Below are positions 48,163 through 57,285 of a DNA stretch of 64,000 nucleotides, piece after piece. Source of the DNA: a virus; IMG/VR virus record IMGVR_UViG_3300032316_000329, positions 64,001 to 128,000 of that record; one strand, 5' to 3'. The position numbers were made by a program, and so were the translations under genes. The notes below the pieces were generated by a model. That model searched no databases, was not told the DNA's origin, and saw only the letters and a list, made by a program, of their open reading frames with translations. Each line of letters begins with the position of its first letter. Within the stretch, counting starts at the first letter, position 1.

Positions 48163-48810
48163 ATGAAATTAATTACAGAAGAAATTCAAGATATTCAATA
48201 CCTCGTAGAGTCCGATGGTAAAGGTGGTAAAAACCACTTTATCACTGGTATCTTTATGCAGGCAGAGAAGCAGAACCGTAACGGTCGTGTATATCCTATG
48301 TCTGTTCTTTCAAAAGAGGCAGAAAGATATAACCGAGACTATGTTACGAAAGGCAGAGCATTTGGTGAACTAGGTCATCCAGAGAATCCTCAAATCAACC
48401 TAGACCGTGTGTCCCACATGATTACATCATTGAAACCTGAAGGGACAAACTTTATTGGTAAAGCAAAGATTTTAGATACTCCTAACGGTAAGATTGTTAA
48501 GAGTTTATTAGATGGAGGTGCAAGTCTTGGTGTATCAACGAGAGGCGTAGGGTCTCTAAAAGCATACAATGGATACCAGCAGGTACAAGACGATTATAAG
48601 TTAGCAACAGCAGCAGATGTTGTGGCCGACCCATCAGCACCAGACGCCTTCGTTCAGGGGATTATGGAAGGTAAAGAGTGGATCTTTGAGAATGGTAAGT
48701 GGAAAGAGCGTGATTTTTATCGTGCCAAGAAACTTATCACCGAAGCGTCTAAAAACGAAATTGAAGATGTAGCACTGAAAATTTTCAGTAACTATATTTC
48801 AAAACTTTGA
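48163..48810 (+). CDS. gp21: Prohead protease
   Basis: MKLITE; GIFMQAE..NRNGRVYP; GELGHP; LGVSTRG.GS; DVVADPSAPDAFV.GI.E. Confidence 0.97.
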   Translation: MKLITEEIQDIQYLVESDGKGGKNHFITGIFMQAEKQNRNGRVYPMSVLSKEAERYNRDYVTKGRAFGELGHPENPQINLDRVSHMITSLKPEGTNFIGKAKILDTPNGKIVKSLLDGGASLGVSTRGVGSLKAYNGYQQVQDDYKLATAADVVADPSAPDAFVQGIMEGKEWIFENGKWKERDFYRAKKLITEASKNEIEDVALKIFSNYISKL

Positions 48811-48853
48811 AAATACTAAATAACAATTAGGATAATAAAGGAGTATCTATCCA

Positions 48854-50266
48854 ATGGCATCACTAACTGAAACTGCAAAGGCAGTTCTAGAAGGTAAAAC
48901 GCTGGTAGAGGGTATCCCAACCGTTGGTTCAACCAGTGGCGGAGTTTCTAACCCAAACCCAGTAGACCCTTCAACCGCCTCTACAGGCAATGCTAAAACA
49001 CTACGCCCTGGTTCAAAGGCCAAGGATGAGCGTCACTCACAGAGCGCCGGTTCTGCCGACGTTTCATCATTCTCTGGTGTTGACGACCTCGATGGTGCTA
49101 CACCAACAGAAACACCTGACGAGAATCTTGGCGCCAATGCTGCTAAGAAAGTCGGCAAGGACACCTCTCGTTCATCTAAATCATCCGTTGCTGCTGATCC
49201 AACAAAGAAGCTAAATGCTATGGCAGAAGAAATGGAAGATGAAGGTGAAGTTGTTGAAGAAGGTATGACAGTTGCCGAGCGTTTAAAGGCCCTCAAAGAA
49301 GCCAAGAAAGAAAAGGCTGAAAAAGAGGAAGACCACGAAGAAGAAGATGATAAGCACGAAGGCAAGATGGAAAAGTGCGACGAAGAGGTTGAACTCTCCG
49401 AAGAACTAGAAGATTTCATCGCCGAGGCTATTGAAGCCGGTCTTTCAGAAGAAGAAATTCTTGCTGCTATTGACGAAAACTTTGAGTTTATCTCAGAAGA
49501 AGATGAATCAGAGATTTCAGAAGCCTTAGAGACCTACGAGGTCGATATGGCCGAACACGTTAATGCACTACTAGAAGGTGAAAACCTTTCAGAAGAGTTC
49601 CATGCTAAGGCTACAACAATCTTCGAAGCAGCCGTTAAGGCAAAGTTAGAAGAAGAAGTTGCCCTACTAGAGCAGGCTTATGCCGAGACTCTTGAGGAAC
49701 GTGTTGCTCAGATTGAAGAGGAACTATCTTCACAGGTTGACGAATATCTAAACTACGTTGTTGAACAGTGGATTGAAGAAAACGAAGTTGCTGTTGAGTC
49801 CGCTCTCCGTAGCGAACTTACAGAGGACTTTATCTCTGGTCTCCGTTCACTATTTGCAGAACACTACATTGACGTTCCTGAAGAGGAAGTTCAGGTAGTT
49901 GAGGAACTATCACAGACAGTTGAAGAACTTGAAGCAAAGCTAAACGAAGAAATTCAGCGTAATGTTGAACTAACCGGTATGCTTGCCGAGTCACGTAAGG
50001 TTGAATTGACCGCTGTTGTTTGTGAAGGCCTAACCAGCACCCAAGCTGCCAAACTACAGGCACTTGCTGAAGGTGTTGACTATACATCTGATGAACAATT
50101 TATAGAAAAAGTTTCTACACTTAAGGAAAATTATTTCCCAGTGTCGGCTAAGAACGATGCTGTCCTAGACAAAGTTGAGTCAAATGACCCACAGTCTCTT
50201 AATGAGAACCTAGAAGGTCCGATGTCTCGCTACGTTCAGGCTCTTGGCAGAAGTCTTCCAAATTAA
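48854..50266 (+). CDS. gp22: Prohead scaffold/core protein
   Basis: Very acidic; LSEEF..KA.TIFEAAV; VD.YL.YVVE.W..EN..A; F.EHYI.VPEE; M..YV.AL. Confidence 0.95.
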   Translation: MASLTETAKAVLEGKTLVEGIPTVGSTSGGVSNPNPVDPSTASTGNAKTLRPGSKAKDERHSQSAGSADVSSFSGVDDLDGATPTETPDENLGANAAKKVGKDTSRSSKSSVAADPTKKLNAMAEEMEDEGEVVEEGMTVAERLKALKEAKKEKAEKEEDHEEEDDKHEGKMEKCDEEVELSEELEDFIAEAIEAGLSEEEILAAIDENFEFISEEDESEISEALETYEVDMAEHVNALLEGENLSEEFHAKATTIFEAAVKAKLEEEVALLEQAYAETLEERVAQIEEELSSQVDEYLNYVVEQWIEENEVAVESALRSELTEDFISGLRSLFAEHYIDVPEEEVQVVEELSQTVEELEAKLNEEIQRNVELTGMLAESRKVELTAVVCEGLTSTQAAKLQALAEGVDYTSDEQFIEKVSTLKENYFPVSAKNDAVLDKVESNDPQSLNENLEGPMSRYVQALGRSLPN

Positions 50267-50302
50267 TTTAACTTAAAAAACATAGAAAGAAGGGTAAAAC
50301 AA

Positions 50303-51643
50303 ATGTATCTTACAGAAAACCTAGAGAAGAAGTGGTCACCAGTTCTTGACCACAACGGTCTCGACACCATTAAGGATTCATATCGCCGTGCTGTTACAGC
50401 GGTTATCCTTGAGAACCAAGAAAAGGCAATGGCTGAAGAGTCACGTGCCCTTAACGAAGCCGCTCCAACTAACGCTGGTGGCGGTCTCGGTGCAGGCACC
50501 AATGTTGCTTCATACGACCCAATTCTTATCTCACTCGTTCGTCGTGCGCTTCCTAACCTAATCGCATACGACATCTGCGGCGTTCAGCCAATGACCGGTC
50601 CAACCGGCCTTATCTTCGCAATGCGTTCTAAGTATAAGACAATGGATGGCGGCGAAGCACTATTTCTCGAAGCAAACACAGCATTTTCTTCACAGAACTC
50701 TGCTGGTGGTCTTGCTGGTGCTGTTTCTGGCGTTTCTGGTAACACCAACCCAGTTCTAGACCTTGGCGACTCCGCTACATTCGGTGTTGGTAAGGGCATG
50801 ACTACTGCTCAGTCAGAAGCTCTCGGCGATGCTGCTGGTAACATGTTTGCTGAAATGGCATTCTCAATCGAGAAGGTTACTGTAACCGCTCGTTCACGTG
50901 CCCTAAAAGCAGAATACACCACAGAACTTGCTCAGGATCTTAAGGCAATTCACGGCCTAGATGCTGAAACAGAACTTGCTAACATCCTTTCAACAGAGAT
51001 TCTTGCTGAAATTAACCGTGAGGTTATCCGCAGCATTTATCGTTCTGCTACAACAGGTGCTCAGTATGGTGTAACAACCGCTGGTACATTCGATCTTGAC
51101 ACAGACTCAAACGGCCGTTGGTCAGTTGAGAAGTTCAAGGGTCTTATTTTCCACATTGAGCGTGAAGCAAACGCAATCGCAAAAGCAACCCGTAGAGGCA
51201 AAGGCAATGTCCTTATCGTTTCTTCAGACGTTGCTTCAGCAATGGCTATGGCTGGTGTTCTCGACTACACCCCTGCTCTACAGGCTAACCTAACCGTTGA
51301 CGATACAGGCAACACATTTGTTGGCGTTCTTCACGGCCGTATTAAGGTCTATATCGACCCTTACTTCGGTGGTTCAGCAAACGGCGACGAACTCGTAACC
51401 GTTGGTTACCGTGGTTCTTCACCATTTGACGCTGGTCTATTCTACTGCCCATACGTTCCACTACAGATGGTTCGTGCTATCGGCCAGGATACATTCCAGC
51501 CAAAGATTGGATTTAAAACCCGCTACGGCATGGTTGCAAATCCATTCGCAACTTCAAATGCTGATGGTGTTGTTGGTGACCGCAATACTGCTGGTCAGGC
51601 AAACATCTACTATCGTATTTTCCGTGTGCGTAACCTCACATAA
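50303..51643 (+). CDS. gp23: Major capsid protein
   Basis: KW.PVL; LENQE; LVRR..P.LIAYD.CGVQPMTGPTGLIFAMR; ELAQDLKAIHGLDAE.EL; FQPKIGFKTRYG. Confidence 0.98.
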   Translation: MYLTENLEKKWSPVLDHNGLDTIKDSYRRAVTAVILENQEKAMAEESRALNEAAPTNAGGGLGAGTNVASYDPILISLVRRALPNLIAYDICGVQPMTGPTGLIFAMRSKYKTMDGGEALFLEANTAFSSQNSAGGLAGAVSGVSGNTNPVLDLGDSATFGVGKGMTTAQSEALGDAAGNMFAEMAFSIEKVTVTARSRALKAEYTTELAQDLKAIHGLDAETELANILSTEILAEINREVIRSIYRSATTGAQYGVTTAGTFDLDTDSNGRWSVEKFKGLIFHIEREANAIAKATRRGKGNVLIVSSDVASAMAMAGVLDYTPALQANLTVDDTGNTFVGVLHGRIKVYIDPYFGGSANGDELVTVGYRGSSPFDAGLFYCPYVPLQMVRAIGQDTFQPKIGFKTRYGMVANPFATSNADGVVGDRNTAGQANIYYRIFRVRNLT

Positions 51644-51678
51644 AATCAATAACTTATACACACTTATAAGTGTATAAG
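51644..51678. promoter_or_regulatory. IHF-consensus site overlapping an inverted repeat
   Basis: AATCAATAACTTA (51644-51656) fits WATCARNNNNTTR; CTTATACAC/GTGTATAAG arms; palindrome ACACTTATAAGTGT 51660-51673. Confidence 0.45.
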
Positions 51679-51685
51679 CAAGACT

Positions 51686-51712
51686 GGCGGGGATTTATTC
51701 CCCGCCTTTTTT
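51686..51712 (+). terminator. Rho-independent terminator after gp23
   Basis: GGCGGGGA-TTTAT-TCCCCGCC followed by TTTTTT. Confidence 0.9.
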
Positions 51713-51758
51713 GTGTCTTTTGGCAAGACCTAAATACCTTGTAAAGAGGTAACCGCAA

Positions 51759-52286
51759 ATGACCACTGAAAGCCTTACATCTAATACACCTGAAAACACA
51801 TCAATATTACAAAGCACAAAATTTACGTTTATCATTCCTGATAAACCATTCTTAAAGTATTTCTGCCAAACAGTTCAGTTACCTTCTGTAACCACCTCCG
51901 AAGTCATGGTACCTACACCATTTTCCAATACATATCGACATGGTGACAAAATGTCATTTGAACCATTAACGGTTACAGCACTTATGGACGAAAATCTTCG
52001 TGTATGGGAAGAAACATATAAATGGATGGAATCTCTCACACGTCCATCTTCTTATGATCAGTATGCCAAGAAAACATTAAGAGACGTTCAGACACCTCTA
52101 TATTTTGATGGTTACCTAACTATTAATACAAATGCGAATAATCCTAATATTCGTGTTAAATTCCACAACTGTCATCCTACCTCAATCGGTATGATTAACT
52201 TTGATACCAAGGTTGATGCCGATGTTATTCCTACCGCAGACTTTACCTTCCGTTACGATATCTTTGAGATAGAACGCTTGACATAA
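51759..52286 (+). CDS. gp3: Tail completion/sheath stabilizer
   Basis: LQ..KF.F....YFCQ.V.LP.V; GD...FE.L.V....DE.L..W.E...WM; F....P.S...I.F; late promoter 51730-51736. Confidence 0.88.
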   Translation: MTTESLTSNTPENTSILQSTKFTFIIPDKPFLKYFCQTVQLPSVTTSEVMVPTPFSNTYRHGDKMSFEPLTVTALMDENLRVWEETYKWMESLTRPSSYDQYAKKTLRDVQTPLYFDGYLTINTNANNPNIRVKFHNCHPTSIGMINFDTKVDADVIPTADFTFRYDIFEIERLT

Positions 52287-52306
52287 TGATCTGTTTATGA
52301 TACATT
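52278..52306 (+). promoter_or_regulatory. Sigma70 promoter for uvsY-uvsW
   Basis: TTGACA-17 bp-TACATT with a TG extension. Confidence 0.75.
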
Positions 52307-52346
52307 AAGATGGTTTATGATTCATTTATGATACAAAAGGAACACT

Positions 52347-52808
52347 ATGTTTTTGCGACCACCTGTAACCCTTGACCAGTTGAATGACGAATGGGAAAAA
52401 GATTGTAATATTGACCATACCGATATTGATTTGGAGTTGTTAAAGATTTCTTCTTTACATTCCAAGTATTGTCGTATCCGTTCCCATCATAAACAAGTAT
52501 CCTTTTCCCTAGATGAAAAGTATAGAAACATGAAAGAACTCCGTAGGGAGTGGATTGAAGGTAAATCGGAACAGGAAACTTTGGAAAAGTATGGATGGCA
52601 CCAGTATCAAGGTCAACCAGTCACCATGCGAACGGCTCAGGAATCTAAACTGGAGCACGATCCAGAACTCACCAAAATACTATTGAAGAAGAAACTACAG
52701 GACCTCATTGTAGAGCAATGTGACCTAAACATTAGAGAACTTAATAATAGAAACTTTGCCTTAAGAGGCGTCATTGATGTGAGAAGGTTCCTAAAGGGTA
52801 ATGATTAG
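52347..52808 (+). CDS. uvsY: Recombination mediator
   Basis: W.KD..ID...L..E..KI..LHSKY; L..R.F.....ID...F..G; upstream of uvsW. Confidence 0.85.
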   Translation: MFLRPPVTLDQLNDEWEKDCNIDHTDIDLELLKISSLHSKYCRIRSHHKQVSFSLDEKYRNMKELRREWIEGKSEQETLEKYGWHQYQGQPVTMRTAQESKLEHDPELTKILLKKKLQDLIVEQCDLNIRELNNRNFALRGVIDVRRFLKGND

Positions 52809-54267
52809 AATTAGCAATAAAGATGAATCCTATATTAGGGTTGATTGTGAAGAAAGCATAGCATGGGAACTCCGTGATGCCTTCTCCTTCCGCCCACCTG
52901 GATTTCAGTTTGTTCCGGCCTATAAGCAAAAACTTTGGGATGGATATTTGCGCCTCTACGACACCAACAAAAGACAAATCTACCGTGGTCTAGCACCACA
53001 AGTTATGGAATGGGCAACTAAAAGAGGTTATACTTATGAATATGAAGATGAATCCTATGACACCGATTTTTCATTGGAAGAAGCCAATCAGTTCGTTGAG
53101 GTACTTAATCCAAAATACCCACCCCGTGACTACCAACTTAATTCCTTCGTTCATGCGATACGTTCTCAACGGCGTATTGTATTGTCACCAACTGGGTCTG
53201 GTAAATCTCTATTACTATATCTCATTAGCATGTATCTACTCCGGCAGGGAAAGAGAGGACTACTAATCGTTCCTCGTTCGGCCTTGGTTGAACAAATGTT
53301 CTCCGACTTTCAAGACTATTCTTGTAACAATGGTAAAGATATGTTCAAGTATTGTTGGAAAGTATATTCAGGTAGAGATAAAGACTCCGAGCATCCAATC
53401 ATTATCTCCACTTGGCAGTCATTACAGAGAATGCCTAAGGAGTATTTTGTAAAGTTTGATTATGTAATCTGTGATGAGGTTCATCTGGCACAAGCAAAAG
53501 CCCTATCTGATATTGTGACTAAGTGTACCAATGCCCAGTATAGACTTGGTGTTACCGGTACCTTATCTGGTGCCAAGGCACATGAATGGGTGCTAGTTGG
53601 TTTGTTTGGACAAATCTATAAGGCCACTACCTCAAAAGAACTAATGGATAAGAAGCAACTTGCGGAACTCACCATTAAATGTCTGCTATTGAAATATAGT
53701 GAAGAAGAATGTGAGTATATGAAACATGCTACTTACCAGCAGGAGATTGAGTATATCATTTCCAATAAGGCAAGAAATAAGTTCATATGTAATCTTACCC
53801 TCTCTTTAGATGGCAATAGTCTACTGCTATTCAACTATGTTGATAAGCATGGCACCGTCTTATACGACATGCTAAATAAGAAGGTTAAAGAAGGTCGAAA
53901 AGTATTCTTTATACATGGAGGAACAGATGTTGAGGATCGTGAACAGATTAGAAAGATTATGGAACAAGAAACCAATGCTATCATTGTTGGTTCTATCGGC
54001 GTTCTCAGTACCGGCACTAACATCGTGCGACTCAATAACATCATATTTGCATCCCCAAGTAAGTCCAAAATTAGGAATCTACAGTCAATCGGTAGGGGCC
54101 TCCGTGTTAATGACACCAAACAATCCGCCACTCTCTTTGACATTGCCGACGACTTTAGCTGGAAAAAGAAAGAAAACTTTACTCTTAAACACTTCTTCGA
54201 ACGCCTCAAAACCTACACAGAAGAACAGTTCAAGTTTAAACTCTACAAAATCCAAATCAAAGACTAA
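52801..54267 (+). CDS. uvsW: SF2 DNA/RNA-DNA helicase
   Basis: WDG.LRL; PRDYQ; SPTGSGKS; DEVH; SPSKS.IR.LQSIGRGLR. Confidence 0.96.
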   Translation: MIRISNKDESYIRVDCEESIAWELRDAFSFRPPGFQFVPAYKQKLWDGYLRLYDTNKRQIYRGLAPQVMEWATKRGYTYEYEDESYDTDFSLEEANQFVEVLNPKYPPRDYQLNSFVHAIRSQRRIVLSPTGSGKSLLLYLISMYLLRQGKRGLLIVPRSALVEQMFSDFQDYSCNNGKDMFKYCWKVYSGRDKDSEHPIIISTWQSLQRMPKEYFVKFDYVICDEVHLAQAKALSDIVTKCTNAQYRLGVTGTLSGAKAHEWVLVGLFGQIYKATTSKELMDKKQLAELTIKCLLLKYSEEECEYMKHATYQQEIEYIISNKARNKFICNLTLSLDGNSLLLFNYVDKHGTVLYDMLNKKVKEGRKVFFIHGGTDVEDREQIRKIMEQETNAIIVGSIGVLSTGTNIVRLNNIIFASPSKSKIRNLQSIGRGLRVNDTKQSATLFDIADDFSWKKKENFTLKHFFERLKTYTEEQFKFKLYKIQIKD

Positions 54268-54276
54268 GAGAAGATA

Positions 54277-54708
54277 ATGAATGATGTAAGTGAAGAACCA
54301 TCTGTCAAATTTATCCGATTAAACAACGGTGATGATATTATAGCAGAAGTGGTAGAGGTAGGTGATGATACACAGACCGATTATATGGTAATTAATCCAT
54401 TAAAAGTAGTTTATATACCTTCCCAGAGAGGTTCATCGTATCTACAAGTGGCATTTATGCCTTGGGTTTTTACCAAAATCTGTGAAGAACAGGAGTTTCT
54501 AATTCATTCAGATGATATCGTTACCATAGGTAATGTAAGTGAATATATGTTAGAATATTACTGGAAGAATATGGATTACTTTATTACTTCGGAAGATTCA
54601 ACAGTGGTGAGTGAAGAAAAACCAGAACCAGAAGAAACAGAACCAGAAGAAACATCTTTAGAAGAACTATTAGAAGCAATCAAATCATCAAGAAGGACTT
54701 TTCACTAA
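54277..54708 (+). CDS. Conserved Sm-like protein downstream of uvsW
   Basis: IRL.NGDDII......NP..V....F.PW; acidic tail ending RTFH. Confidence 0.65.
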   Translation: MNDVSEEPSVKFIRLNNGDDIIAEVVEVGDDTQTDYMVINPLKVVYIPSQRGSSYLQVAFMPWVFTKICEEQEFLIHSDDIVTIGNVSEYMLEYYWKNMDYFITSEDSTVVSEEKPEPEETEPEETSLEELLEAIKSSRRTFH

Positions 54709-55007
54709 TGGCAACCATAGCAACTAACGAATACCTTACACTAGATGATGCTGAACTTGTAGATGATTTCGGATTTACCTTTGGTAATGAGGACGATATC
54801 GTTGCCGAGGCCATCGCACCAGCATCCGACGAGATTACAGACCTTAAGAAAAGACTAGAGGCCGTTCGGAAGATTTATCTACCTCTCCTTGAAAACCTTA
54901 ATAAGAATTCCGACCAACCTATCATTAAGTGGCCAAATCGTGGTCCTATCCTTACAAAGCAGATTACAAAGTTAAAAATGCTCACCGAACCAGGTTTCGT
55001 TAAGTAG
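54708..55007 (+). CDS. Hypothetical T4-like protein
   Basis: DFGFTF..PLL.NL.KN....I.WPNR. Confidence 0.65.
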   Translation: MATIATNEYLTLDDAELVDDFGFTFGNEDDIVAEAIAPASDEITDLKKRLEAVRKIYLPLLENLNKNSDQPIIKWPNRGPILTKQITKLKMLTEPGFVK

Positions 55008-55079
55008 TTGCTTCGCAACTGTCTCGCTACGCTCGACGGGTTGCTTTTGGTTAATATTGGTGGTGGTTTTCTTTCCAAG

Positions 55080-55109
55080 ATTATACACACAAAACTGGAA
55101 CCTTGTCAA
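55080..55109 (-). promoter_or_regulatory. Leftward sigma70 promoter with no credible downstream ORF
   Basis: Minus strand TTGACA (55109-55104)-18 bp-TATAAT (55085-55080). Confidence 0.65.
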
Positions 55110-55133
55110 GCCCCGGAATGAAAAAATCCGCCA

Positions 55134-55162
55134 TTGACAATAACTTTTTTTTATTATATAAT
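55134..55162 (+). promoter_or_regulatory. Consensus sigma70 promoter for gp55
   Basis: TTGACA-17 bp-TATAAT. Confidence 0.85.
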
Positions 55163-55189
55163 GTATCCAATAACTATAAGAGGATTGTT

Positions 55190-55738
55190 ATGGCAAAGAA
55201 ACCCAACCACTATGTAGATAACCAAAAGTTTTTAGCAGAGATTATTGAGTATAAGGACAAATGTAAAAAGGCCGCAGACAACGGCCTAGAAAAACCTCGG
55301 GTCTCAGAGTATATCGGATCTTGTATTCTATTGATTGCTGAAAGACTTAGTACCAAACCTAGGTTTATGAACTACTCATTCCGTGATGAGTTGGTTTCCG
55401 ATGCCTTAGAGAATTGCTTTCTATACTTTGATAATTTCAATCCAGAGATTAGTCAGAATCCTTTTGCCTACTTTACACAAATCATCTACTATGCCTTCCA
55501 TAGACGAATCTCAAAAGAAGAAAAAAATCGTTATATTATTTACAAAAAATTTCAAGAATCCGTCCTACATACCTCAGATGCATCCTTGATGATTGATGCT
55601 GATGATAATCACTTGATTTCCTCCGCAATGTATGATAACCTAAATGACTTCATAGGAAAGTTTGAAAAGCGAGAAGCGGAAAAGAAAGAGAAACGCAAGC
55701 AGGTCAAACAAGGATTAGAAAATTTTACCGAGGAGTGA
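55190..55738 (+). CDS. gp55: Late-transcription sigma factor
   Basis: HYVDN..F; YIG.C...IAE.LS.KP.F.NY.FRDE..SD.LENC; NPFAYFTQI.YYAF.RRI.KEEK; ATG 55190. Confidence 0.95.
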   Translation: MAKKPNHYVDNQKFLAEIIEYKDKCKKAADNGLEKPRVSEYIGSCILLIAERLSTKPRFMNYSFRDELVSDALENCFLYFDNFNPEISQNPFAYFTQIIYYAFHRRISKEEKNRYIIYKKFQESVLHTSDASLMIDADDNHLISSAMYDNLNDFIGKFEKREAEKKEKRKQVKQGLENFTEE

Positions 55739-55950
55739 AAACAATGAAGGAAGAGTTTGACGTACCTTTTCAAGTTCAGATGGTGATTGACTCACTAAAG
55801 AACAAGAATGAACGACCAACTATTCGTGGTAATTACCGTATGCGATTAGATGGTATTCGTAAGGCCATTGATAATGCGATTAATGAATATGATACAGAAA
55901 TGGGAACGGCAAGTACCTTTGGTCGCCGTAAGTCCAATGGATCTAGATGA
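55735..55950 (+). CDS. Hypothetical protein
   Basis: 71 aa ORF coupled to gp55 (ATG 55744 is an alternative start). Confidence 0.6.
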   Translation: MKTMKEEFDVPFQVQMVIDSLKNKNERPTIRGNYRMRLDGIRKAIDNAINEYDTEMGTASTFGRRKSNGSR

Positions 55951-56119
55951 TATCGTAAAAGAGGTTGACCAGCAGATTGAATGGTTCTGTGATAAGGTTA
56001 TAGAGCCATATCCTATACATCGCAAAGATAAAGAAAAAATCTTTGAACGGATGAAAACCTTAGGATGGATTCGGCAATCAGAGATTGATACCTATAATGA
56101 AATTACCAAAGAAGATTGA
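55937..56119 (+). CDS. Hypothetical protein
   Basis: MDLDDIVKEV..; 60 aa from ATG 55937. Confidence 0.55.
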   Translation: MDLDDIVKEVDQQIEWFCDKVIEPYPIHRKDKEKIFERMKTLGWIRQSEIDTYNEITKED

Positions 56120-56144
56120 CGAGGTCATTTTTTTAGTATATACT
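56116..56144 (+). promoter_or_regulatory. Sigma70 promoter for gp47
   Basis: TTGACG-17 bp-TATACT. Confidence 0.7.
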
Positions 56145-56182
56145 GTATCTAAGAGTTTGTTACTTGAACTAAAGGATAGATT

Positions 56183-57259
56183 ATGGCGTTGATTGCTATG
56201 CCGACTGATACACACGCCGGAGTAAGAAATGACAATCCAGCGTTTCAGTTGTATCAGAAGAAATGCTGGAAGTGGTTCTTTGATTACATTGATGAACATA
56301 ACATTAAGCATGTTGTTCATCTTGGTGATATCTATGACCGCCGTAAGTATGTGAATTTTATGTCCGCCAAGAGACTGCGTGAGGATTTTCTTGAACCTCT
56401 GGAGGAACGAGGCGTTGAGACACATATTATACAAGGCAATCATGATTCATATTACAAGGATACACACGAGGTTAATGCCTTAGATGAACTTGTCGCAGGA
56501 AAGTATAGGTATATTAGGACTCATTCTGTACCTAGCATTATCAATATTGATGGGTTGGATATCCAAATAATGCCTTGGATTACCGACAGTAATCGTGAAG
56601 AGGCATTTGAAGCAATAACAAAACCAAGAGCGCCAATACTAATGGGCCATTTAGAATTGAATGGTTTCCAAATGCATAGAGGCACTATTTCAGACCACGG
56701 AATGGATAGAAATGTATTTGATAAATTTGATGCGGTATACTCGGGACATTACCATCATCGTTCTACTATTGGTAATGTTTCTTACATTGGTGCCTTTGCT
56801 GAATATACTTGGTCTGATTACGACGACCCTCGAGGATTTAGTATATTGGATACTGAATCACGACAAACCACCTTTTTAAGAAATCCTTATAGGATGTTCA
56901 GACTGGCCAAGTATGATGATGTTGCAAATCCTAATATCATTGAGAAGATACAAAATACTGACTTTTCAAAATATGCTGACACTTATGTTAAACTGGTTGT
57001 TGTTAACAAAAGTAATCCGTATGCTTTTGACTTGTTGTTTGATAGCATATACAAGGCAGGGCCTCTTGACATTACTATTATTGAGGACCCTACGGTTTTA
57101 TTAGATAATGAAGAAGAAGCGGAAGTTAATGAAGCGGAAGATACCGCTACTATATTGAGAAAGTATATTGGCGGTCTTACTTTACCAATAGATAATGATA
57201 AAATGAAAGAGTTCATGCTTGATGTTTATCAAGAGGCCCTTCAAGTGGAAACTGTCTAA
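56183..57259 (+). CDS. gp47: Recombination endonuclease subunit (Mre11/SbcD-like)
   Basis: TDTH.G; HLGD..DRRK; GNHD.YYK; GHLEL.GF; SGHYH. Confidence 0.95.
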   Translation: MALIAMPTDTHAGVRNDNPAFQLYQKKCWKWFFDYIDEHNIKHVVHLGDIYDRRKYVNFMSAKRLREDFLEPLEERGVETHIIQGNHDSYYKDTHEVNALDELVAGKYRYIRTHSVPSIINIDGLDIQIMPWITDSNREEAFEAITKPRAPILMGHLELNGFQMHRGTISDHGMDRNVFDKFDAVYSGHYHHRSTIGNVSYIGAFAEYTWSDYDDPRGFSILDTESRQTTFLRNPYRMFRLAKYDDVANPNIIEKIQNTDFSKYADTYVKLVVVNKSNPYAFDLLFDSIYKAGPLDITIIEDPTVLLDNEEEAEVNEAEDTATILRKYIGGLTLPIDNDKMKEFMLDVYQEALQVETV

Positions 57260-57285
57260 ATAGTATAATATGTATAGGAAGGTTT

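Noticed and set aside
54875-55090. 71-aa minus-strand ORF as the target of the leftward promoter
   Set aside because: Its start lies inside the promoter itself, it has no RBS, and it is mostly antisense to 54708-55007.
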